From Amoebidium appalachense (lineage: Eukaryota > Protista > Ichthyosporea), in assembly GCA_963693365.1 (NCBI GenBank), contig CAVNZM010000017.1:783989-847988 (forward strand): a stretch of DNA of 64,000 bases, written 5' to 3'. The notes beneath the pieces are model-generated. The model did no database searches. It saw only the letters and a list, made by a program, of their open reading frames with translations, and was not told where the DNA came from. The first letter of the stretch is position 1, and the number at the start of each line of letters is the position of its first letter. The position numbers were made by a program, and so were the translations under genes. Positions 52,387 through 64,000 of the stretch are shown piece by piece.

Positions 52387-52859
52387 TTAATGATTAATAT
52401 TTCTCTTTCCTGCGTAGCTACGGCCTATGTTGTCTAGATGCCCCCCCTCCCTGTACAAAGCTGAGAGAGATAGGAAGGTTGTTTTTGGGGCGTGCTTGGA
52501 ACTATGAGTCGGGTACTACCATGCCTCGATTCACGCCAGACTCAGACCCGTGGCAAGGTACCCCCCCCCCCCCCCCCCTCCTCCCCCCCCCCCCCCCTCT
52601 CCCCCTCCTTCCTGCGCCCTCCCCCACCCACCCCACCCCCTTCATCGCGTCTTGTCGACTGTTCACTCAACTTTGCCGAATCGCGTCAACTAACACCCCC
52701 CCCTTCCCCCCCTCCCCCCCTCTCCTCTCTCCCCCCTCCCCCCTCCCCCCCCCCCCTTCCCCCCGTCTCTCTCTCCCCCCCCCCCCCCCCCCCGCCCCCT
52801 CTCCCCCCCCCCCTCCCCCCCCCTCCCCCCCCCCCCCTCCCTCCCCTCCCTCTCCTTCT

Positions 52860-53262
52860 CTATAGGTTAGGGAGTCAGGGAGCTTTGTAGAAGCCCGGTT
52901 TATGCTCTATTTCTCTGCTTGTTTTCTTTGTCTTTTGCAACTCCTGCTTGCAGATTTTGTAGACTCTGTGTTCTTAGATTGCTGCTCCTTGAACAACCCT
53001 GCTCGTCTTTGACCAAGACGGGTGGACTCGCCTGTTGCTGTTGAAACAAAGTATGGGTTGGGAACCACGTGCGAGAGGTTAAAAAGTCGAAACCCATGCT
53101 TTTGTGGAGGCATAGGAACCCCCCTAATGATGGGCTCTGTTCAAGTGTCAGATCTGCCTGCACGCTTAAATTGTTTGATTTTGGATTTCCCACTTTTGTG
53201 ACGTTTAGTTGTTGCTCTTTGTTGTCTCCTCCATATTTCCAACCCTTTAACGCATACATCAT
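52860..53262 (+). mobile_element. Poly(C)-abutting element, subfamily B, copy B2 (long)
   Basis: Shares core CAACCCTGCTCGTCT..CAAGACGGGT, GTCGAAAC and GATGGGCTCTG with subfamily A; C-rich tracts on both sides. Confidence 0.8.
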
Positions 53263-53496
53263 CCCCCCTCCCCCCCCCCCCCCCCCCCCCCCTCTCCCCC
53301 CCCCCACCCACCCACCACCATCACCCTCGGTGCCGGTCGACCGCCCCCTCCCCTGCTTCCCTATCTTCCCGTCTCATCATACACTGCTACACTTTTCACA
53401 CACACAGCACACAACACGACACAAACACACAAACATACACGTACTTGCACACACACTCGCGTGCGCACATGCGCTACATAATAGACACACACACAC

Positions 53497-54255
<759 letters not shown>

Positions 54256-54743
54256 CCCCCCCCCCCCCCCCTCCTCCTCGCTCCCCCCCCCCCCCTCCTC
54301 TCTCCCCCTTTCTCCCTCTCTCCCCTCCCCCCCCCCCTCTCCCACTCTCCCTCCCACCCCCAACCCCCCCTAACCCCCTCCCCCGCCCCTTCCCAACCCC
54401 ACGCCTCTTTCAACCCCCCACTCCCGCCCCGGCCTCTCCGTGGATGCCTCGGGGGGCCTTCGTGTGGGGTCTGTTTATTCTTTATGTATGGTTTACACTC
54501 TGCATCGTCGTGTCCTTTATTAATGTGTTACGAAGTATACTTTAACACATTAACTCCTCGGTCTCCTGCCCTCCCTCCATCCAACCACACAGCAAATAGG
54601 TGATACTTCCATACATCTAAACACACACATTCAAACACCTGATTTCACTTCCATGCGTTTCCACCGCACTCCCTCTCATCCGTTTGCTCATATTGCTCCT
54701 GTATGGCTCCTCCCCCCCCCACCTCCCCCCCCCCCCCCCCCCC

Positions 54744-54970
54744 CTCGTCTCTGATCAAGACGGGTGACCTACTCATGTTCAAGTGAAACAGTATCTGAGT
54801 TGGGTTTCGTTAACGAGGGGAATAGGTCGAAACTCGGGTACTGTGGATGACGTGGGCCCCCCCTGAGGATGGGCTCTGCTTATTATGCATACTCTTTATG
54901 TATGGCTTGCATTCTGCATCGTGTTATCCGTTTGTTCTTGTGTACTTCGTACTTTTTGACGCATTCAAAA
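54744..54970 (+). mobile_element. Poly(C)-abutting element, subfamily A, copy A5
   Basis: Differs from copy A4 at about one position in 227 bp; C-runs on both sides. Confidence 0.88.
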
Positions 54971-55204
54971 CCCCCCCCCCCCCCCCCCCCCGGGGGGCCC
55001 CCTTATGTGTCTCTATTTTTGCACAACCACGTTATGTTAGCCATTTGAAAATTGTAGTTTTTTGTACTGAGTACCACACTCTACCCTCCCTCCTTCCCCC
55101 CCCCCCCCCCCCCTCCCTCCCCACAGAGCCCCCCGTGCCATCGGCTGTAAAAACAAAAGGGTGAATGTGTACAATATCTTTACCCCTTTCCCACCCCACC
55201 TCAG

Positions 55205-56901
55205 GGTGTCTTCTCGAACTTGTACCCGATGAGGTGATATGTCACGTACTCTCCTTCCTTCCCCACCCGGACCGTTTAAAGTGCACCTTGGTATCCTGCC
55301 ACTTATCGCACCTGGCACGCACTTTTAACGCCGGGCCGGTTACCATATGCGTAGCACACCCGGGTAATGCGCGCACTTTAATCAACGCGGTCGAAAAATG
55401 GGGCGGAGCAACGGGAAAATTGAATGTAAATCTCGACATGCTTTTGGTGTGTTTGCAGCCCGGAGACGAGACTTCAATCGAGCTGAATGAGAATATCCGT
55501 ATTTTTGCATCCAAAATACGGTCCCTCGCCCGGTTGGATACAGTCACGCTATCGAGCGCGTATATCTCGGAATCCCGCGAATATCTATCCCAAATTTTGC
55601 TAACTGCATTGCCTCAAAATTCACTGAGCATTCTTCTCGACGATGGGAGTACAGCCCCCCTGGCCACCCGAATTTTCGAAATTTGCACGGGGCTCAAAGA
55701 TTTAATCGTCTCCGGCGATGTTCGCCCGATTGAGGAACCCGCACACGCAGTGTGCACGAATTTAGTTTCTTTGGTGATGAAAATGCGAAGTTTCCGGTTT
55801 GGAACCCTTCCCCCGTCGCTCTTTCTACCCCTGACAAATTTGGAGAGGCTTGAAATTATGGACGTGTGGGTGGGGTCCTTAGATCCTTTGCAAAATTGCA
55901 CTCGACTCGAGAAATTGTCGCTGGAGTACAACCCCCCCGATGGTTCGGTGCTCGATATCGACCTTTCCGTATTAGGAAACATGCGGTCTTTAACCCATTT
56001 GGAACTGTTCTTGCTGGGGGGAGACGTTGAGATTCGGGCACGTGGAATGCCCCAACTACCGAAATTACGACACGTCATATTTCATCACGTGACTATCGAC
56101 ACACTTGATTGGCTGCCGCACCTGACTGCGCTGGCCGAACTGCAGACACACATTCCTGAGGGGGCCGTTATACCTAATTTGGCGTGCAGGAATCTGAAGG
56201 TTCTCGATCTCTGCGCCTTAAATAACCACCCAATTTCTACTTTCGAATTTCTTTTCCATTGCTCCACGCTCACCTCCCTTAAACTCTCACACGTACATTT
56301 GGATGGCCTTAACGCACACACCACCCTCCCCTCCACCCTTAAACGTTTAGAGTTGATCAATCATTCCACAACGGAAATCCCCTCCTGTTTCTTTACACCT
56401 TCTCTCGAGATATGTGAACTTTCATGCACCGCGCTCACCCAAATATCCCCTCTGGGTGTGCGTATCCCGTCATATCTCTCCATCCGATTTTCCGAAAATT
56501 TGGCCAGTTTGGACAGTCTAGGGGGAAGCATCACCCTCACCTCTCTCCACATTTGGGACTGCCCACGTGTTAGCTCCCTCACTCCACTTTCCTTTTGCCC
56601 CAACATACACACCATTTCCATATCGGACCTTCCCCATCTTAAGGATATATCCCCCTTAACCACATGCACCGCACTCACCTCCCTCACCCTTAAATCGTGC
56701 CCGGGGGTAACCACAATCGAAGGAATTTCATCGCTTGGAAAACTCGCAAGCGTGACTCTAGGGGGTTTTAGATCCCCACCCACACTCAATTTTCACCCCC
56801 TTTTGCTGTGTCCGTCGCTGGTTGAAATTCATCTTGCCCCCCTGTCCCCCTCTACCTTTGCGGAGGAATACCGAAAGGTCAAGGATGTTCTGGAAACACG
56901 G
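55205..56901 (+). CDS. F-box / leucine-rich-repeat protein (main exon)
   Basis: F-box LLELVPDEVICHVLSFLPHPDRLKCTLVS; LRRs such as LTSLHIWDCPRVSSLTPLSFCPN and LTSLTLKSCPGVTTI; AG at 55203-55204 and GT at 56902-56903. Confidence 0.9.
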
Positions 56902-57188
56902 GTACCCCCCTCCCCCCCCCCCCCCCCTCCCCCCTCCCCCCCTCCCCTACCTCCCCTTTCCTCCCCCCTCCCCTTCCTCCCTCTCTTCCTCCCTCTCTCC
57001 TTACTTCCTTCCATCCCTCCATCCCCCCCTTTGTAGATTCCGATGGCTCGGACCCCGACAATGGGCTCTAGTTTTGATGCACATGTATGTACTCTTGTGT
57101 GTGTCTCACCTTTTTTTTAGGTCTGCGTTGTACTGTATGTCGTGAATGTGTGTTTGGTAACCTGTAACCAATTAACCCTACCTCCTCC

Positions 57189-57230
<42 letters not shown>

Positions 57231-57323
57231 CTCCCTCCGAAAACGAAAAAGGGATACTTACATACCTAAATGGGTGGATAAAACTCAATGTGCCCCGTTT
57301 ATTTATTCTGTGAAGTTTCGAAT

Positions 57324-57365
<42 letters not shown>

Positions 57366-57554
57366 ATATACGCGGGCTAAGGTGTCGAAACTCAGACGCA
57401 ATTGATGACTTGGGCCCTCCCTGAGGATGGGCTCTCCTTATGACGCATACTGTGCGCATGGCTGATGTTGCATACTTGATTGTTTGCCTTTGCATGTGTC
57501 CTGCACCATGCTTCTCGTCGTGTATGCGTACTTCGTACCGTGTTCCAAATTCAA
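57366..57554 (+). mobile_element. Poly(C)-abutting element, subfamily A, copy A6
   Basis: Reverse-complement homologue of 6492-6665; C-runs on both sides. Confidence 0.82.
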
Positions 57555-57690
57555 CCCCCCCCCCCCCCCCCCCCCCTCCCCTGGAAACCTCATGTTAACT
57601 TACGTTCCCCATTCACACACCTACACACATATGCACACATACGCATGCATACACGCACACGCACACGCACACGCACACATACATGCACAC

Positions 57691-57818
<128 letters not shown>

Positions 57819-58489
57819 TCGGAGAGACAGATCCAGACTCTGTGAGGCGATGGGGATTGCTGTGTTTCCGGCAGCAGGCGATTAGTAGTGGTGTGGAAGT
57901 CTTCTGATGTTCTTCTTTTTCAAAAAGTTCTGCCCGGGAAATTTTTTTTTTCTTTTTTTTCTTGGTTTGTGTGTTTGTTTAGGTGTGTTGGTGGTGAAGG
58001 AGTGGGGGGGGGGGGGGGGGGGGGGGGGGGGGATGATAATTGCTAGGGGCTAGGGTTGATTCTTTGGCCCTGAATATCCAGGGATGCTGAGCCTCGAAGG
58101 TGTCTGTATTTCGGCTTTTGAAACATGAGGGGTGTGAGATCTGAGCGCATATCAGCGGCATGACTGGAGTTTTTGAATGATTTGGTTTAATTAATGAATG
58201 GGTTTTTCCCAAAAAAAAATAATTGGTTTTTGTTTTTGTTTTTTACAAAGAGAAATTAGACGAGATATGTACTTCAAGCCGTGCGTTTTGTTTCTTCCTG
58301 CATTCTTTGTTGATTTATTATAAATTAACAGTGGTATTATCCATGCTTGACTTGAAAAAATAACGATAGAAGACAATCTCAACTAATTTATGTAAAACGA
58401 GATTCTTTAAAACAATACAAAATGATTGGCTGTTGGCGGCTCCGAGTTCGACACTGGGCTGGACCCATCCCCCTCCCTTCCCCCGGGCT

Positions 58490-58621
58490 ATGGGCTCTGC
58501 CTATGACGCATACTGTGCGCATTGCTGATGTTGCATACTTGAATGTTTGTCTATGCATGTGTCCTGCACCATGCCTCTCAACGTGTACTGTATGCGTACT
58601 TCGTACCGGTGCCGTTCCGCA

Positions 58622-58622
<1 letters not shown>
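58490..58622 (+). mobile_element. Poly(C)-abutting element, subfamily A, copy A7
   Basis: ATGGGCTCTGC..CTTCGTACCG..GTTCCGCAT followed by a C-run. Confidence 0.78.
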
Positions 58623-58660
<38 letters not shown>

Positions 58661-59174
58661 TTTTTTTTTCAACACCCCTACTCCTGGCCAACCAACCAAC
58701 CTAGGCCTCCTTTATTACGGGCAGCTGCAGGCTCTCTTCGTGTTCTCTCTTTGCATGTTCCCCTCCCCACCTTCCGCCCCCAAACCCACCTAATCACCGA
58801 GGAAGGGCACCCAATGCATTTTAATTCCAAACATTTACTCCTTCCCACATCTCTACACATGTACAAAGGCTCAAAAAGAATCAAGATGCAATACATTCCA
58901 CCAGACAACGGTACCGAGCTTTTTTCGGAGTCCATAGACTACAGACATAGGTCATAGGTGGATAGATTAATGTTGCCCAGCCATTCATCGAATATGTATT
59001 TAAGTTTCATTCGTTACAAGATAGCAGAAAAAAACAAAAAAAAAAACAAACAAAAAAAAAAAAACGTAAAACAACAAGAAGATATGAGCCTTTTCACACC
59101 ACCATCACCGCCGATAATCCCCCCCCCCCCCCCCCCCCCCCCCCCATTTGCCGCACACCCTCTAAAAAAAAAAA

Positions 59175-59571
<397 letters not shown>

Positions 59572-59617
59572 CTCTTAGTTGGCTATTTCCTCCCCGTCTT
59601 TGTCTTCCCTGGCCTGT

Positions 59618-59743
<126 letters not shown>

Positions 59744-59916
59744 GTGTGCACGCTTGCGCATGTGTGAGTATCCGTGTGGGTGTGTGGGTGTGTGTGAGCA
59801 AGTAAAAACGTGTTGCATAATGTGTAAGTACACCGGATCACGTTAAAAAACATTTTATCAGACATGCACAAACAAAACAACACACAATGAGTGTGGGTCC
59901 ATATCATACGGGGAGG

Positions 59917-59957
<41 letters not shown>

Positions 59958-60356
59958 GGGGAAGAGGAAGCGGAGGGGGGCATGCAGGAATAAGAGAACG
60001 TACATATCGAAAGAGGAAGTGGGAGAAGTGGAGGGGAAGGAGGGGGCGGGGGGGACGGGGGGGGGATGGGGGCACTAATTAGGTTGTAAAACAGGGGAAG
60101 GAGGGAGAGATGTGCTGTCAGTGATGTGTTGCACCGATATACATTACAACCATAAATGCAAAAAGCAGTCAATTTCCCGCAACCGGGAGGGGGAGGGGGG
60201 GGGGGGGGGGAGAGGTTGAAGCAGAAGAGAAACACACTAGAAAGTAGTCTACTGACCTAGTCCCCCCCCCCCCCCCCTACACACACACACACACACCCCA
60301 GCCCAAAACTCAACCGAACACAACCCAAACCAAAAACCCATAAATACACCCTCTAG

Positions 60357-60408
<52 letters not shown>

Positions 60409-60416
60409 ACCCCTAC

Positions 60417-62117
60417 CTCCATCATCTTCTTCACGAGGGTCTTGTGTGCATTCACCAGTGCTGATGGTGAATGTTGCTCCAACCGCACCACCTTTAACGC
60501 CGGGCACATCATTAAAGGGCGCAGGTCTAAATCCGGCTGCATCGCCCGACCTCCCACCCCAATCTCGACCAAATTTCCTAATGCGGAAAGCGGTGAAAGG
60601 TCGCTTATGTTCGGGCACGCTTTAAGCCGCAGAGAAGTTAAAGATGTGCACATAGCGACGGGTGTTAAATCACGAATTGTGTTCATGTGCGAAATGCACA
60701 GAGATACCAAATTTGGGCACGTGGTGAGGGGGGCGAGATCAGAGAGCGAAACACACGAATTTATGATCACGCTCTCAATCGATTGGTTTTCGGATATCGC
60801 TGTGATGTCCTTTAATGCGCTACACATGTAAAGTTCGAGTTCCCGCGGGAGGGGGGTGTCCTTCACGCAAATTTGTGTAAGTACGCGACAATCGAGTCGC
60901 ACACGATCGAAATTTCGCGACCAAATTGACGGTGGGATGGTCAGTAGGTTGTGGCTGGTGAGCCTAAAGGAACGCACCGACTGCGGAAGACTCCATTGGG
61001 TGTCGGCGGCCGCCGACATAAATCGTACGTGGACGAATTTCACCCGTTCCAAAACGGTGCACCGGGAGAGAAACTCCATATTTGGAAAATCTATGGTCCC
61101 GTTACGACCGCGCAAAAACAGTTTCTTTAACCCGACACAGGGGAGAATGGGTAACACCGTGCCGTGGGGAACACTCGAAGTCAACTCGGTGAGTTGACTG
61201 CATTCGAGAACCGCATTTAAAGGCTCCACCGGGATACCCTTAGCTTTGAACTTAACCAAATTTGGAAAGTGCGGCATGTTGATCACCTGCACCGACCCGT
61301 TTCCGTCGGTCCCCTTAACCTCGACGTGCGTGAGTCTCTTTAAGTGTTCCAGCACCGAAAAGTCCACATTTAGATCCTGATCGTCTTCGACGTCATATTC
61401 CAAACGCATATGGGTAAGAGACACGCACGTCTTTAACGCTTCCACCGACTCGGAACTTAACCCGACAGCTTCGATTTTCTTTAAGTTGGTCACCTGCGCG
61501 AAGAAATGCGCCGGGAGTTGACCGTGTGGGAAGCCATAACTTCCTGTCAGGAGAAGGGATGTGAGGGTGGTTGATGCGATGCGGTGTGGGAGAATACATA
61601 TGGAGTTGCTCGTGTTGACCGCGAGATGTTTCAACGCGGTGCATGTTTGTGCAATGGGACCCGCTAGATAGGCACATCTACCGTCCGGAAGAACGAACGT
61701 CTGTACCGATGTCATCACGCCGGCTATTAGAGCCGTGCACAATTCCGTATGCACATCTGCGATGAAGTTTGTGCACACCACCGTGTGGAGGTAGCACATA
61801 CCCTCGAGTTTTCTCTGCAGGTAATTGAACTCATGTTCGCTTGCCTCTTCCGTTAACGCGCTCGTTGCTCGATACAATTGCACCATGTTAACGTATAGAA
61901 CACCCACAGCGCCACCCCATGCCTCTAATCCTCGACGTAAATCCTCCCGTTGGTAATAATTAGGTCGGCTGGCGCGGAATGTTACTGTCCCGGACTGGGG
62001 AGAGCGAGACAGGGTGCACAAAAGGCGGCATGTTTGGGTGATGGCTATGCGATCGAAGTAGGGGAGGAAGCGGAGGATGTGGCAGATGACCTCGTCGGGA
62101 AGGCACTCCAGAGGGCA

Positions 62118-62119
<2 letters not shown>
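60417..62119 (-). CDS. F-box / leucine-rich-repeat protein (main exon), paralogue of 55205-56901
   Basis: F-box LECLPDEVICHILRFLPYFDRIAITQTC; LRRs such as CTSLTSLRLKACPNISDLSPL; flanked by AG and GT. Confidence 0.9.
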
Positions 62120-62178
<59 letters not shown>

Positions 62179-63210
62179 CATGCGTGTGCGTGTGTGTGTG
62201 CGAGTGTGTGCGGAAAGAGAGAATATGGGGGGAGGGGGAGACAGGGAGAGAGGGTTGCAGAGAGAGAGGGGCCGGGGGGGGAAGGAAGGAAGTAAGGGAG
62301 GGAGGGAGGGGGAGAGAGAGAAGCGGGTGGGTGGAGGGGATGGGGAAGAGAGAGAGATAGAGGGAGAGAGGGATGGTGAGAGAGAGAGGGGGGGAGGGGG
62401 GGGAGAGGGGGAGGAGAGGGAGAGGGGCAGGAGGCAGGGAGGAAAGGAGGGGGAGTGAGTGAGAGGAGCAAGATCTAGAAAGGAGACTGCATGTTCTTGG
62501 TGTATTTCAACCAGAGTTGCTGCCTAGTGCTTTGCCCTTATTAGATCGACACAATCCCCCCCTCCCCCCCCCCCCCCCCCCCCCCCCTCCCCCCTCCCCC
62601 CTTCCCCCGCCCCCTCCCCGCTCCCTTTCTAGGGCCACCAAAACCCAAAGTTCTAGGCAACTTACGGTAAACCATAATTCTCCCTTTTCAAAAAAAGTGA
62701 CCCAACAAGGAAAACAGGGAGCATTTTAAAAAGTATCGAATTGGAATACTGGCGTACACTCCGATTTACAGCCGTTCTTCCCACCCATCCTCAGCCAAAT
62801 TTAAGTCCCCGTACCCAAGCAACACAACACACATCTTGCTCACAAACACGTACACAGAAAGCCGACAGATGTGCACACACGCACCTTTGCCCGCGGTCAA
62901 TCGTTCGAACCGTGGCATGTCGACGTGCAGTGTGGGTGGGCCCCACGCGAGCCTATGCCTTTGTTTTTCCGACTTATGAAGTATTTTCTTATCCTTTTAT
63001 GTCAACAACATTTCCCCTCTCTATGTTTCCCTTCTCTATCCTAGCTAGCCCCTAGACAATTTGAGCTTTTTGCAAGTTGTACACTTGGATATTCAGACTT
63101 GTTTCTCGTAGGCTGAAATTTACCTCGAAATATTGTTGGCCTTGCCCTGTCAGTTCAGTTTTCATCTGAAAGGACTCTAGATGACGTCATAGTAAATAGA
63201 CTGCTTTTGG

Positions 63211-63256
<46 letters not shown>

Positions 63257-63880
63257 CTTCCTTGTGTGTGCACTCATTATATCGATACAGCATATATGGC
63301 ATGCACATTCGTGTGCGGTCGCATGTGTGGGCCCGGGGACTCTGAGAGACTGGACGGGGAAGAGGAATGACTCACGGGAAAGGACACACACACACAAACA
63401 CACGTACACACACGCACAGCCACGAAGCAGGCGTACAGCTGCAGGAGCTATTGCCGGGCATGATGGGGGAAGATGAAGGCCATGTGAGAGGAGCACTCGC
63501 GGGTAGAGAGGATATAGGTCGGAACGTTATTTTCATTTCGAGTCTCTGTCAGTACATGCACAACTATGTTCAATTGTTAATATTCTCAACCACACACACA
63601 CACACACTCGGGGACCAACTAGCTAGCTCGAAGTGACACTTACGTGTACACCGTTCAAGCGATACGCGTACGGGGGTTTTTTTGTTTCAAAAAAATTTAT
63701 TCCAATTTGGGAAAAGGCCCGGACTGGTCAGCTTCCGGGGAGCTCTGCCACTGGGCCTCATGCGTGTGCATGGTTTACTCAAGTGTACAAACGTGGCGCA
63801 TCCCTTTGCACCTCTTTCACACACTAACAAACCTATTTGTTTACAAAACACATAATCAGGCATTTGCCACGTGCCTCCCT

Positions 63881-63919
<39 letters not shown>

Positions 63920-64000
63920 AAAAAAAAGAAAAAGAAAAAGAAAAAAAAGAAGAAGGCAAAAAAAAGAAAAACAGCTCCTACAAATTCCGCTACCCTGATA

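Noticed and set aside
54826-54876. Hammerhead ribozyme (GAAAC and CTGAGGA motifs) in the C-tailed family, suggesting Penelope pLTRs
   Set aside because: The motifs are in permuted order without a usable stem I or UH site, the GAAAC bases are taken up by the covarying long stem, and subfamily B has CTAATGA.

Overview
Repeat-rich eukaryotic genomic DNA; the organism cannot be identified from the sequence. Introns are full of poly(C)/poly(G) runs and (CA)n/(CT)n microsatellites, so most ORF-track entries are low-complexity artefacts. Host genes: a GH20 hexosaminidase-D-like gene of about 16 or more exons (minus strand, ~17153 to beyond position 1) with an intronic tRNA-Thr(AGT); a triple-AP2-domain gene; an intronless Cys-type glutathione peroxidase; and two convergent F-box/LRR paralogues. 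The block ~18.9-38.0 kb is a six-level transposon nest, mostly resolved by TSDs: tyrosine-recombinase retroelement > solo LTR > PIF/Harbinger > (piggyBac-like element, and a chromodomain Ty3/gypsy > LINE > 5'-truncated copy of the same LINE). The most unusual signal is a dispersed family of about 10 short elements. They have a fixed end abutting poly(C), a variable other end, and a covarying RNA pseudoknot. The LINE in the nest also ends in CCCC rather than poly(A). Together these suggest, as an inference, a poly(C)-tailed or G/C-tract-targeting retrotransposition system. The Ty3 element also has a non-canonical primer-binding site complementary to the 5' end of tRNA-Ala.
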